Below, piece after piece: positions 41,137 to 55,380 of a DNA stretch of 64,000 bases. Below the pieces are notes generated by a model. The model was not told the DNA's origin. It was given only the letters and a program-made list of their open reading frames with translations, and did no database searches. The stretch comes from Octopus sinensis. Its lineage: Eukaryota. The position numbers and the translations under genes were made by a program. Location of the stretch: the NCBI RefSeq assembly GCF_006345805.1, contig NC_043003.1, forward strand, positions 41,602,001-41,666,000, written 5' to 3'. Position 1 is the first letter of the stretch; each line of letters starts with the position of its first letter.

Positions 41137-41671
41137 ATCTGTGTGTCAGTCTATATATGTGTGTATATATATATATAAACAAAACAAAAAATGGAACAAA
41201 AAACGTAACAGGCGACAAAATACATTCGGACAGTTAGACGATACAAGGGCAGGAAATACAAGGACGGGTCATTCGGAGCTTTCAATTTTCATTCGAGTAC
41301 CAGATCTTCTTTGAGGTTTCGTCCGGTTAGTCTCGAGACTGCTCTAATCTCCCTTCTCGCGCGCGCTGATTCTCTCTCTCCGTACGCATACACCTATTTA
41401 TGTGTGTGTGGGTGGGTGTCTGCGCGCGCGCGTGTGTATATATGCCAACATACGTACGTATGTGCGAAAAGTGTTGTGGTATTATTCATGCCTCTGCTAC
41501 GATGAATGCGAAACAAGTTTATCTGAATCCAAATCCCAAAATACAAGACTGGATAAGAAAATTAATAGAATCCTTAGAGCATCGCATGGATGCCTTACAG
41601 TATTTGTAAACGGCGCTTAGCAACCTGGTTTTATATATGGTCATTGCCAGGTATTATCATTTTTACCTCAC

Positions 41672-41916
41672 CCTTTAGCATGTTTCGTTCTGCGGCAATC
41701 AAGGATGGAAATATTCCGGCCAGGCTCTAATTTGAAGTTTGTTTCTTTTTCCTTAAAATTCGTCCTTTTCACCAGTCCATCAAACACTGCGTCAGATGCA
41801 TTACTTAATACACACTCACACAGACCATTCTCACATGCACACACACACACTAGGGCACTATCGCTCGGTTGGTCACCATTATCATCTCCCTTTCTCTCTT
41901 CCGGCCATTTCCTCAT
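41672..41916 (-). other. candidate first exon (weak)
   Basis: AAACATGCTAAAGG|GTGAGG donor at 41672/41671, GA-rich upstream sequence and CpG-rich neighbourhood. No homology recognised. Confidence 0.2.
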
Positions 41917-42169
41917 ATTAAGCCATTATTCCTCACGCAATCTTTTCTCTATCCGTTTCTTTTACTTCTCTCTCTCTCTCTGTTTTTCCCTCTCAATCCT
42001 CAGAACGTCACGGACTTTTCCTTTCTTCTCTAGGGTTAAGCTAGTACACCTACTTGTTCCTTCACCCGTCTTAATCTTTTGTTTTCTGTAAATTTGGTCT
42101 CTCTCTATATATATGTATATATGTATATATATATATATATATATAATATATATATAGATATATATATTA

Positions 42170-42226
<57 letters not shown>

Positions 42227-42259
42227 CAAATTATATATATAAACACAAACACACATACA

Positions 42260-42380
42260 ATGGGCTTCTTTCAGTTTCCGTCTACCAAATCCACCTACTC
42301 AGAAGGGTTTGATCAGCGCGAGGCTATAGTAGAAGATACTTTGCTCAAGTTTCCACGCAATGGGATTGAATCTAGAAACA
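42260..42380 (-). mobile_element. family B SINE 5' fragment
   Basis: GGCTTCTTTCAGTTTCCGTCTACCAAATCCAC is shared with about 46100-46135. Confidence 0.65.
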
Positions 42381-42574
42381 GCTAGGCCTGTTATAACACG
42401 CCTTGTTTTAATCGACGATGGTCATGTATGAGTTTGCTAAAGTTTCCTTCATTTATCATCGACCACTTATTTGTACTTTTTTTTACTGAGATGTGGTGTT
42501 ACGATCGCATCTTATCGTATGCGAAACCATTTCTGATGACGGTCACTTTGTAAGTAACCTATATTCTTCAGATA

Positions 42575-42796
42575 AGGCGGCGAGCTGGCAGAGACGTTAG
42601 CACGCTGGGCGAAATACGTAGCCGTATTTCGTCTGCCGCTACGTCGTGAGTTCAAATTCCGCCGAGGTCGACTTTATCTTTCATTCTTTCGGGGTCGATT
42701 AAATAAGTACCAGTTACGCACTGGGGTCGATATAATCGACTTAATCTGTTTGTTTGTCCTCTCTGTGTTTAGCCCCTTGTGGGTAGTAAAGAAATA
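42575..42796 (+). mobile_element. full-length family A SINE
   Basis: 15-bp target-site duplication TATATTCTTCAGATA at 42560-42574 and 42797-42811; B box GAGTTCAAATTCC. Confidence 0.95.
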
Positions 42797-44910
42797 TATA
42801 TTCTTCAGATACTATTTCAGTAAAATAGCGAAAAGTACCAACTCAATGTAGGGTAAAGAATAGAGATAAAAAAATGTTTTAATACCAACATTACAAACAA
42901 GAAGAGAACTCTGTCTGAAACAATAATTATTAAGGCACTTGTTGTTGTAGCTGTTGTTATTCATGAAATGATGACGTCACAATCCTCAAATTAATACGAG
43001 ATATGCCACCCAAAATTAAGCTCAAATTACACATATTTAAAAAAATATTTAGGAGGAAAGTATATATTCGTATATGTCATCACGGACATGCAAAGGACAG
43101 CGACAAATAGCGTTAATCATCCTGTTGTCCTATTACTGTAATCAGGTCTAAACAACGACAGCATCAACTACAGTACTATCACCAGTACTAAGAATATACA
43201 CTGTTTTAAAGAATATTTATTCTGAAGAAACTAAAACCTACGTCAAATTACTTGAGTTGAACCAGTCGCACAATCATTTTATCACACGGTATACACATTC
43301 GGGGTTGTTTTATCTCTATTTCTGAGAGGTTTACATAGAGTGGCTTTATATCTAAGCTCAAGTATACAAATTCAATGGTTAGGTGTTGTGAATATATCAA
43401 AGATTTCAGCCCCTGTAAGAACAAAAACCACGGTGACCTCGCTGTCATTTGAACTCAGAACGTAGAGCCAATACAATTGTCAGAAGGCATATAATCTGTA
43501 GATTCTGCCAACTGTTTCTCATAATCTCTTTTAGAAGAATAAATGATATATGCGAGTAATTACGCATGTTAATGTACGTAAAGGTATATATGTATACGTA
43601 TGCAGCTACATTTTTACATAACTGTGTTTGTGTATATATATATATGTGTGTGTGTGTTTGTATGGCTGCATAAGGATGTCTGTTGATATTTATATGTGCA
43701 AGATGTATAGTAAATAACAATTAATATGCAATCACCTGCACAATGTGGAACTAAACTATACAGAGGCACAAACATAATTGTGTGCAGACTTGCTCATACA
43801 CGCGCGAACACACAAACACAGACTAATACATACATATATACGAGTTCATATACACTCATAAGTGCATGTGTGTAATGTGTGTATGTATAAATACATACAT
43901 AAATACACACGCATACACAACACACACACACGCACACACACAAATATGCATGTATATAAATTTTCTGACAGATATAACGAATCTCTTAATTAGCTGTATA
44001 TTGGCTACAGCCCGACGTATTGAACAAGTTTGTATTCAAGCGAATGGCCAATACATGAATCTCTAAATCTTTTAAGACATCCGTGACCGATTACTAAAGA
44101 GGTCAACAGGGTCATCCATACACGAAATGGTGTCACATCAATTAATTATAACATTAATAATCCGATTGTAGTACTTTAATTTTCAAATCACTGCACTAGT
44201 TGTAAATGATTAGACTTAGCAGCGAAGATGGGATTTCTGAGAACATCGTTATAATCTACATGAATATTCACTGAGAGATAATGAAGAGGACAGATAAACT
44301 CAAACCTGTTGAAGATGATTTATGGAAGAATATTAGATCTAATTCAGTAGTTGTTCTTTGTACAGAAGAACCAAGATCAGAAGCAATATAAACGTGAGTA
44401 TATATCTCTTTTTATTTCAGTGTTTAAAAAACTTCATTATACAATATAATCTATGAACGTAAAGGCGGTATGCTGACAGAGTCGCTAGTGCGCCGGTAAA
44501 AATGGTTAGCAGCATTTATTCTGGGTCTTTATGATTTGTGACCGAATTCTACGAAGATCGACTTTGAATTTCGTCATTTCGGGGACGATAGCATAAGCAC
44601 AACTTGGGGGTCAATGTAATCGACTTCCCTGGTGTTCCACGTGTTTTCAAGCGGTCCGTTTATAGTAAGAAAAAATATATACTTCGTGACATAGGGTGAT
44701 ATATATTGAAAAGCCTTATTTAAAGTGCGATAAATAGCAGTCAAATCGCCTTCAGAATTTCTGGACAGAGCAACCTGAGAGACTCTTGCTAGGATAGAGA
44801 AAGCAACAATTTTCGAATGATTACTTCAACCTTGAGGGGTACTATTTGATGACAAATTATAGGAGAGATGCAATTATGCATTATTATTTTTGTTTTTAAA
44901 TACAATACAT

Positions 44911-44947
<37 letters not shown>

Positions 44948-45026
44948 ATATATATATATATAATATATATATATAATATATATATATATAATTTGATCAA
45001 AATAAAAACATGATGCCAAGGATTCA

Positions 45027-45104
45027 GCGGTACATATGTTTCGGGCCTTTATTAGACAGATTTATAACAATGCATAATGTATGTCCGTGGCCTTCTTCAG
45101 CCGC
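45027..45104 (-). ncRNA. minimal type I hammerhead ribozyme motif, catalytic core intact
   Basis: GCGG-CTGAAGA-AGGCC-(41 nt)-GGCCC-GAAA-CATATG-TA-CCGC. Stem I GCGG/CCGC, stem II GGCC/GGCC closed by A.C, palindromic stem III ACATATGT, GUA triplet. Confidence 0.75.
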
Positions 45105-45253
45105 GCACAACAGCTTCCACAAGGACATGTGTTACATCAAAAATTCTTGGTTGGGGATGCAAATCCTCTCATTCGCGTTCGACATAATGCGGCAACAGCA
45201 TAGAATTGAAGCGTCCATCTCTTTCTTCTCTCAATGTAGAATGATTCTACATT

Positions 45254-45284
<31 letters not shown>

Positions 45285-45515
45285 TATATATATATAAATA
45301 GTTGACGTATGCTTTGTTAAGAACGTATAAGAGTCCAAATACAGCTCGTTCACACTTACAATCCCTAAATAGCCGGTAGTATTCTTATGGTATGCCACCA
45401 AATTTAGTCTTAGGTATTCCTCGTGTGTGAAAATAAAAAAAATAAAATGTAAAAGAGTCAAAAAGAAGAATAAGTACGGCTAGGCAGCTGAGCATCGCCT
45501 GAGGAGATACATATA

Positions 45516-45742
45516 TATTTCTTTACTACCCACAAGGGGCTAAACACAGAGGGGACAAACAAGGACAGACAAAGCGATTAAGTCGATTCCATCGACACCA
45601 GTGCGTAATTGGTACTTAATTTATCGACCCCGAAAGGATGAAAGGCAAAGTCAACCTCGGCGGAATTTGAACTCAGAACGTAGCGGCAGACGAAATACGG
45701 CTATGCATTACGCCCGGCGTGCTACCGTTTCTGCCACCTCGC
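45516..45742 (-). mobile_element. full-length family A SINE
   Basis: Complete head, body and tail; probable 9-bp duplication ATACATATA at 45507-45515 and 45743-45751. Confidence 0.9.
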
Positions 45743-45877
45743 ATACATATAGATCTTCTTACACAGGTAAATCGTAACATAATTTAATTTAAACTTTATC
45801 GAAACATTAGTAGCTATTAAAAAGCTGCCTAACCGTACTAACCCTTCCTTTTGGCGCTTTTACATTATATATGTCTC

Positions 45878-46236
45878 TCTCTTTTACTTTTTTACTTGTT
45901 TCAGTCATTTGACTGCGGCCATGCTGGAGCACCGCCTTTAGTCGAGCAAATCGACCCCGGGACTAATTCTTTGCAAGCCCAGCACCGCTAAGTGACGGGG
46001 ACGTAAACACACCAGCATCGGTTGTCAAGCACTGCTAGGGGGACAAACACAGACACACAAACACACACATACATATATGCATATATACATATATACGACA
46101 GGCTTCTTTCAGTTTCCGTCTACCAAATCCACTCACGGGGCTATAGCAGGAGACGCCCAAGTTGCCACGCAGTGGGTCTGAACCCGGAACCATGTGGTTG
46201 ATTAGCAAGCTACTTACCACACAGCCACTCCTGCGG
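45878..46236 (-). mobile_element. full-length family B SINE
   Basis: Head GTGGCTGTGTGGTAAG...GGTTCCGGGTTCAG, internal (TA)/(TG) tract, tail GGCGGTGCTCCAGCATGGCCGCAGTCAAATGACTGAAAC. Confidence 0.9.
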
Positions 46237-46248
46237 CTATATATATAT

Positions 46249-46763
46249 ATGAGCTACTGGGAAAGACTCAAGAGATTAAAGCTCTATTCCCTGGAGCGTA
46301 GGCGAGAAATATAAGCCATAATATATATCTGGAAGATCCTGGAAGGACTTGTCCCAGACTTTGGCATCGAGAGTCACACAAATGCCAGAACCGGACGCCA
46401 CTGCGTAGTACCAAGGACTCCAAATTTGCCATCAAGATGTAGAGCAAGATATTGCGATAGCCTGGGCTTCAGAGGGCCACATCTCTTCAATATCCTCCCG
46501 AAGAACCTGAGGGACCTGCATGGTGTAGATGCGGATGTCTTTAAAGTAGGACTGGATCTCTTTCTGTCAGGTGTCCCGGATGAACCAACTTCACGGCAGG
46601 AGGTGCAGATGAGGGCGGCTGCATCGAACTCTCTCATGCATCAGATGGCGTTTGCTAAAAAGCATCCGTGAGGTAAAATCGTGTAGCAAACCAAATGGCG
46701 GTGCCCCAGCATGGCCACAGCTCATTGGCTGAAACTGGAAAAATCAAAATCAAATCAAAATCA

Positions 46764-46766
<3 letters not shown>
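46249..46766 (+). mobile_element. 5'-truncated CR1-clade LINE (ORF2 C-terminus, 3' UTR, tail)
   Basis: SYWERLKRLKLYSLERRREI*AIIYIWKILEGLVPDF...GPHLFNILPK...FLSGVPDEP...RAAASNSLMHQ has one internal stop, followed by the 3' UTR and an (AAATC)n tail. Confidence 0.85.
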
Positions 46767-46802
<36 letters not shown>

Positions 46803-47472
46803 GGTATCAATTTATTATGTATGCATGTATAGACAACTACACACGTGTTCTTTCAAATAAATTGGTATAACTTTCTGTTAATCTCAGCATTATTAAAAAG
46901 TGGTAAAAAGAATTGCACAATATAAAAAATAATACGGTGTACAGCATCTAGTATGAAAATAGAAGTAGACTTTAATCTTATCAGAAAAAAAAAATACGAT
47001 GCAAAATAACATAGTATTTTCATCTCTTGTCTGTTAGCTTTAACCTTTGATAACGTATTAGGTTCTAAGGTAATCTTTATCTGTGTCGCTCTGTCAATCT
47101 CTCTCAATTTCTTAGTCACTTTATGTTCTTGTCTGTTTCTCAAGTCAGTCTGTCAAACCGTCTGTATGTCTGTGTGTCTCTGCCGTTCTGTCTCTGTCTC
47201 TCTCTCTCGTCTTTGTCACTCCTACTCTCTCTCGTTCAGTCGCTAGCTAGTCATCAATGCTTTCATCATTCGTACGTTTCACTCTGTCTAAAAATATAAA
47301 ACTCATATACATGATGCACCGTATGTTCTCACGTTTTATTATTCGTACAATTCACATACACGCACTCATAATTGCTCATGCACATATAAGCACACGCATG
47401 CAAATACATATGCAAATACATACATGCAGATGTATGAATATATATATCTGTACTCTATATATATTATGTATG

Positions 47473-47528
<56 letters not shown>

Positions 47529-47588
47529 TGTATATATATATATATGTATATATATATATGTATATATATATGTATATATATGTATATA

Positions 47589-47631
<43 letters not shown>

Positions 47632-48186
47632 TATACATATATATGTATGTATATATATATATATATATATAGCGACGCACGTACCCTTTTGTCTTTTATG
47701 TAAGTATATATATATATATATATATAAAGAGAGAGAGAGAGAGAGAAATAAATAGATAGATATATAGATAGATGGATTGATTGATAGACTCCATTCTCAT
47801 AATCATACGTACCTACAAACACGCGAAGAAACATACACAAACATATATGTATATGCATAAATACATACACACTCACACATAAACACACACATACACACAC
47901 ATATATAGAAGCAATTAAGAGGATAAACAAATATATTAAATTCATCAAATAAATTTTAAAATGTATATACGTATACATGCAAAACGAAACTTTCGGAATA
48001 TGAATTTTGACGTATAAATACTTAGATATTTATGTTAATAGGTCTAACTTACACAGGATACAAATGATGGAAGAAATTAAAGTGGTGGAAGAGACAAGGT
48101 ATTATAAGTCCTTTCTTATAATACCTTTTTTCCACCCCTTTAATTTTCTCTATCATGTGTACCTCTGTGTAAGTTATATCAATAAA

Positions 48187-48480
48187 GGCGACGAGCTGGC
48201 AGAAACGATAGCAAGCCTGGCGAAATGCTTCGCGGCATTTCGTCTGTCTTTACGTTCTGAATTCAAATTTCGCGGCAGAAATGTTAGCAAGCCAGGCGAA
48301 ATGTTTCGCAGCATTTCGTCTATCTTTAGGTTCTGTGTTCAAATTCCGCCGAGTTCGACTTTGCTTTTCATCCTTTCGGGGCTGATAAATTAAGTACCAT
48401 TTGCGTACTGATATCGATCTAATCGATTGATCCCACTCCCCATAATTTCAGGCCTTCTGCCTACTGTAGAAAAGAATATA
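48187..48480 (+). mobile_element. family A-related SINE with duplicated tRNA head
   Basis: The head GGCAGAAA..TAGCAAGCC.GGCGAAATG occurs twice in tandem before the body. A third head copy with the same flank lies at 48687-48780. Confidence 0.8.
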
Positions 48481-50893
48481 AATATCAATATATTTATACA
48501 TAAAAATTTATCATCTGAACATTTCCACCTCGTTTTGCATATATACACATACATATTTAATATATTTGATCGCGGTCTAATTGACCTGCTTAATTTCTGT
48601 ACCCTCTCAACCTGTCCCACTTATAGCCTTTTTTTATCTTGTGTACTTCTGTGTAAGTTAGACATATTAATATACATATCAATAAAGGCGACATGCTGGC
48701 AGAAAAAATAGCAAGCTGGGCGAAATGTTTCGCGGCATTTTGACTGTCCTTACGTTCTGAATTCTGATTTCGCGGCAAAAACGAACTGCAAAATTTTCTA
48801 CTACCATAACAAATGTTTATGCGTGTTGTCGAGAAATTCATAGAGAGCGAAAAAAAAAAGTAAACAATTCAAACTTGTTTTTTAAAAAGAAATCTACAAG
48901 CACGTGTACGAGTGCTTGTGAATAGGCGAAATGTATCTACACGTAATGGTGTGCATGAGTCTAGTGCGAGTGAAAGTAATTCAGAAACGATTATAACAAT
49001 GAGATTTTTTTAATTATAAATGATCTTGACATTCTTTTTACTTTACATTCTATTCTTGTTTTATTGACATTTATTTACGAGTATTTAAAATTTTATAGGC
49101 AAAATATTTTTCTGGGAACGAATTACGATTTATAACGTTTCTACTATAGGAGATTATTGCTCTGCTTTATGAGTTTCGCTTTACGAGTTGTCTCCGGGAA
49201 CAAATAAACTCGTATAGCGAGGCATTGCTATATATATATATATATATATATAGTGAGTTTTTAATGGAGGGATTATCAATCCGGGCAAGAAGAAATCTTC
49301 GGATGCCTATTGATTGCTCCGACGTTATAGCTGTAACTTTATGGTTGTATACACAGTCATACTGGACTTTAACACAATGATATACAAGTAATAAAGAATG
49401 GTTTTAACTACCGCGGGTGTTATGCTCCAAAGCCTCCCACAGAAATAATTAAAATCTAAAAAAATATAAATAACTATTGGCCGCAGAAACGTGCGTTATA
49501 CTGATGAGTCCCCGATATTTATTTACATATATCAGCCAGAAGAAAAATCCGCGATAGGTGAAGCGCGATATGGCGAAGGAATACTTTAGTCCAATATTGT
49601 TGCAACCTCGATTTACAGCTTTTACAAGAGTCATTATAATTTCGTTCCTTGGTCGTTTTACTCAATCAGTCCTTAGATGAGGTGAGATAAACTGAACGAC
49701 CTTAAACGACCTTAATACCACCTTAAAGGACTTTAATAGTAGCTTCATTGAAGTTAGATCATTCTATCTAATCTTATACTTCGCTCATGGCATAAATGTT
49801 GCCCTTGATATTTTCTTCTCCAACAGGCCGTCATTATTGGTGCTAGATATTTGTTTTCAATAACGGAATACATTTGAAAATTAGTTTTGAAGGTAAATCT
49901 TGTGTAGATGTCATATCAAGCACCTAATTTTACTAAGTACTTTAGTATTATATAGCAGGCGTCGATATAAAAACAAAATCACCCCGTAGTGCACCAAAAT
50001 TGAATAGAAGTTTTAGTTGGTAACTTCATTTGATTTAATTTTAAGTTCAGACTTATCGTTGTTGTATACAAATCAACAACGGATGTCAACCGCTGTGTGG
50101 AGAGACACAAATACATACACAGATATACGTAAATACATGCTTATATATATGTGTAGGGTGTGTGTTTGTGTGTGTGTGCACATACAATATATAGAGAGAG
50201 AGAGACACACACACACATATATACATCTATACATACATACACTCACATATATATATATATATATATACATGTATACATACATAGCACACATTTTCTTATA
50301 TATACATATGTGCATAAAAAGGAATTTTTACTTACAGAAATCTTAAACGACTATATTAAAGTTGATATATGAATATATATATATATATATATATGAACAT
50401 GTTTATATTTTTCTGTATGTTTAAGAGTAAACATTCGCATACGCTTGTGTGAATACGTGTGCTTAAATGTTTTAGTCGATATGAGGATGTGTGTGCATCA
50501 ATGTGTTATATGAATGCATTTGTATTTTTGTGTCGTATCATATATACACACCTATCTGGTGAGACAGCTAAAATTATTCTATTCATTCCATTACCGCTTA
50601 TGTTTCTTCATATTCTTTTATTCACTCAATTTTTCTTCGTCACTTCTTTTTTTTTTTATTCCAAACATTTGTTGTCGATTATATTGAAACGAGGAACTAA
50701 AATTGTCCAACTTATTTCCACGCCATTATCTTCTCGTCTTTGTGATGGATATATAACGTTTTGTTTTTGTAGATATATTCCGATAACCTAACTTATACCA
50801 GGCTATTATAGAAATATTCGCTCTGTACTGGGTATATCTAAATTTATCAAAGCTACATTTAAATTGCAAATATATATACATACATACATAATA

Positions 50894-50949
<56 letters not shown>

Positions 50950-50954
50950 TATAT

Positions 50955-50987
<33 letters not shown>

Positions 50988-51015
50988 ATTATATATATAA
51001 TATATATATATATAT

Positions 51016-51053
<38 letters not shown>

Positions 51054-52964
51054 GATATATATATATACATATATATGCATACATATACATATATATATGT
51101 ATGTATGTATATATTTATATATATACATATATATATATATATATGTATATCCTTGTGTATATTTATGTATGTTAATACATATATACAAAAAAATCTCTTC
51201 AATCAGTAGAACCACATCTTCCTACGACGTCAACAGCGATTACATCAAACACAGCAGCAGCAGCAATATCAGAAGTAGTAGCAGCAAATCCAGCAGCAGC
51301 GACAGCAGCAGCAGTTTGCAATGACTACATAACAGAAACAACAAATTAAAATACAAAACTGTCTAGACTGATACGACGAGGGCAAGGAATGGACAGTTTG
51401 TATGAAATACTTTGTAACTTTATAAATTACAATGCTAAACTATTGTTCGAGTTTTGTAATATTACTTCAATGTCTGTGATATTATTCGAAACATTTGATA
51501 GATATACGACAGGTTCAGAGTTCTCGTTGGTATCATTGTTATCATCATCTATTTGATGATATTTAGTAGATCATTTTTCGCTTTCTTTTCATTTTTTAAA
51601 TTTTGTTTTAGTTGCTTTTGTTTTGTGCTTCTCAATTTGTTCTTTCCAATCTTACGTACGCGCAGTATTCGGTCATCTTTCTCTTATTGTTGAAATAATC
51701 CCGATCATAGCAATTGTAAAATACAGATAAGGCGAGTTACTGCTCTCCGACGAATTGTGCATTCAACCAGGTTTTCATTTTAGGCTGTATCTATTTCTCA
51801 TGATTTACGTTCATATAATAGGAAGAATAACATTATCGACCTTTCATTTCACTTCACTATTGTTTGATTCAATAAAGCTACACTCAGCAATTGTTTCTAT
51901 TTTCTTCTTTCAGTCTAGTCTTTCAATCACTCCTGTCTTCTCCGCTGGCATCAACAGTCAATAAGTCTTGTCTTCTCTGCAGGGTCCCAGTGGCTGGATA
52001 TAAATACAGCAAAGAGAACTAGTGAAATAGTAATGTCTGGAAACAGACACAAGGACACGGAATCTATTAGCGTAAGTCAGGGACGTTTGATTCAATTAAG
52101 TTCCAGTACAGCGTTAGTACATCGTTTATTGGTGCCAAGGGAATCAATTTTAATGTAGAATTCCCTGTAATTTGAAATAAAGAAGGAGATAGACAGAATT
52201 CTTACAGTAATTCATCTAGTCCATCGCTGGATGTGTTGTTACAACAAATTCGTAAAAGGGACAAAATTATTGTAGCAAATAATTGAAAGAGAAATACTTA
52301 AAACTTGTTTAAAGAACTGAGCTACGGTAATGTCCTTCTGGTTTTGTATTGTTGATATATTCTTCTTGTTTAGTTCCACGCCCAGATTGAACAAACATAC
52401 AATCAAATTTCATCTAGCTATGGTCATCTAACCTCTTAACACATATGTCGACATTTATAATTCCTCCTTTCTTTTCCTGAAACATTAAAATGTAATTCGC
52501 GGGGCACTTGATGTTTTTCTGGTAATTTTTGAGATCTTGGAGATTTTCCGTCCCGTAATGAGGAAATCACTTTGAGCCAATAATAGAACCAAGCATATCC
52601 TCAGTGATCTTGGTAGTACTAATGGAAGTGGTGGTGGCAGTAATGATGGTATTGGTAATGGTTTATACGATGGTAGGGTGGAGATGTTATGGCTTTAATT
52701 TCGAGAATTAAATGTTCGTATTAATTTTAAGTATAAATTTTTGACACTTTACAGTATTTGTAACGAAATTTTAAAATCAACAATATTCGGGTCAAGTGAT
52801 TCAAACGGAAATGATTCAAATGTGTTCCAATAGAAAATTTCCGATGCATCCGTGAACAACTCTGGTCTTACAACTTTTAAAAAATAATACTTTTTAGAGT
52901 AAGCAATATAACTCTATGTGTATATATATGTCTTCCTTCATGAGCGTATGCGTAGATATTGTTT

Positions 52965-53273
52965 GTTTTCTTTTGTTTGTTTGTTCCTTCTTGAGCCATG
53001 CCTGGTTCATAAGGGCCGGTTTTCTGGTTTCTTGGCGTATAGGTTCCCCACCTAGACGGGACGCCGGTCCATCGCAGGTGAGCTGCAAGAGGAAAGAGTG
53101 AGAGAAAGTTGTGGCGAAAGAGTCAGCAGAAGTTTCGCCATTACCTTCTGCCGGAGACGCGTGGAGCTTAGGTGTTTCGCTCATAAACACACACATCGTC
53201 CGATCTGAGATTCGAACCCGCGATCCTTCAACCGTGAGTCCGCTGCTCTAACCGCTACGCCATATGGCTCTAC
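52965..53273 (-). mobile_element. SINE family C2 (family C head and middle, different 3' tail)
   Basis: Shares ACACCTAA(A)GCTCCACG...CCACAACTTTCTCTCACTCTT with family C, then diverges to ACCTGCGATGGACCGGCGTCCCGTCTAGG...GGCATGGCTCAAGAAGGAAC(AAAC)n. Confidence 0.85.
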
Positions 53274-54316
53274 TATACGTAGATGTGCGTATAATTACCA
53301 ATATATAAGTATAAGATAATGTCATGCGTATATTCATTTACGTATATGTGTGTTTCAGGTAGTTGGTAATATGTCGGCTGATGGACGGCAATTTACAGCC
53401 ACAATTAAAGATGTATGTGCAAAGAGGTGCTTGCATGTTTGTGTGTGTGCGTGTGCGTGTGCGTATGTGTGTGTACGTGTGTATATTTTGTGCGCACGCG
53501 TTTATCTGCAGGGTGTCTGAGTTATGTCTATGTACTTTACATACTATCGTTCTCTCTCTCCTCTGAATATATATATATATGTGTGTGTGTGTGTTTGTGT
53601 GTATGTGTGTGTATGTATATGTTGTATATATATATTATATATATATATATATATATAATATAATATATATATTACACATATATATATAAAATTATATATA
53701 TTATATATACATATACATATTATATTGTATATATATAATTATATACATATATATATATTATATATATATATTTATATACATATATATCTATATATATATA
53801 TAATATATATATATATAGTATTATATATATATATACATATATATGTTACACACACACACACATTAACTGTGACGCGTATATAGCTCTATATATACATTAC
53901 CGCACATGCATCTTCAAATAAAACACACACACACACACATGGCATCTTATCAAACGATTTTCCCACATGCAAAATGCGCTCCTTCCCAGAGTTATCTGCC
54001 ACTGGTTACTGCAGACTCTACTTAACCGATCTCAAAGATATTCACAACGACTCTCTGTCTCCGTTTAACGTTGACCCCTGCACGAGATAAAATAAATCTG
54101 CCCCTATATTTTATTCTAGTCCGCCAGTTTCTAACTGCATTTGCTACTCTGGTTTATCTGTGTCACGATATCGGCAAAAACATCACACGCGTTTATATAT
54201 AGAAATAACTGTTTCAGTCTTTCCCTACTTGTTTTTATGTATTTTCAATGCGTATAGAGACATATACACAAACGTATATACCAATATATATATATACTTA
54301 CGCGAGCACACACACC

Positions 54317-54355
<39 letters not shown>

Positions 54356-54365
54356 TATATATATA

Positions 54366-54404
<39 letters not shown>

Positions 54405-54979
54405 AAATGTTTTGCTTTCAATATATTTGTTTCCAGTACCATCAAATAAGTGACTGAATACATACAATCATACATACTGACACATACATACATGTAGAAA
54501 GAGAGAGAGCGAGAGAGCGAGAGAGAGAGAGAGAGAGGAAGAGAGGAGATAAACTGTCAGAGAGATGAGGTGGGAGCGCACTTGTATGCATATAAATTCT
54601 TGTGAATATGTGGTTGTATCCGCGCTTGCTTTGTATGTGTATAGCATGTGTCTGTTAGGGTATTTATCCACAGACACACGCACAACTATGTACGCACACA
54701 CAGGAATGCATGTATACATACATAGTTATATATACGTGTGCGTGTGTGTGTGTGTGTGAGTGTGTGTATAACTATGTGTTTACACGTTCACAGACACACA
54801 CACACATATATACACACACTCACACATCTTAGCCGCAGGACGTTTGATATCGACGGATAGTGGAAGTAGTTTTCAGATGGTTAATTCCAGAATATTGGAA
54901 GCGTTTGCTTTATTGTTAAATGGTAAGGAAATATATATGATCAGACGCTGTGTATAGAAACTTGTTGATAGACAAGTCG

Positions 54980-54989
54980 TCTACTACTT

Positions 54990-55028
<39 letters not shown>

Positions 55029-55380
55029 GTTCTGCTGCAGCCTTTGTTGCTGCTACCACCAATGCCTTCGCTGCCACTATACTACCTCCTACAATTACTT
55101 CTACCACTGCAGTTGCTTCTTCTAGAACTACATCCTATACTACATCCACCACTAGATCTGTTGCTGCAACTACCATTGAAAGTAATACTGATGCTGCTTT
55201 TAATAATGCATCCACTACCTTTGCTGCTGCCACTACTACTACTACTACTACTACGACTACTACGACTACTGGTGCTACTGCTGCTATTGCTACTGCTGCT
55301 GTTATTGCTACTGCTGCTGATACTACTGTTGCTGCTGCTACTACTACTGCTGCTGCTGCTGCTGGTCCTGCTGCTGGTGA
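54980..55380. repeat. compound (ACT)/(GCT) microsatellite
   Basis: Directly visible. Confidence 0.9.

Noticed and set aside
49480-49575. Hammerhead-like CTGATGAGTCC...GGTGAAGCGCGATA
   Set aside because: GAAA, stem II closure and the UH site are all imperfect, so it cannot be distinguished from chance by eye.
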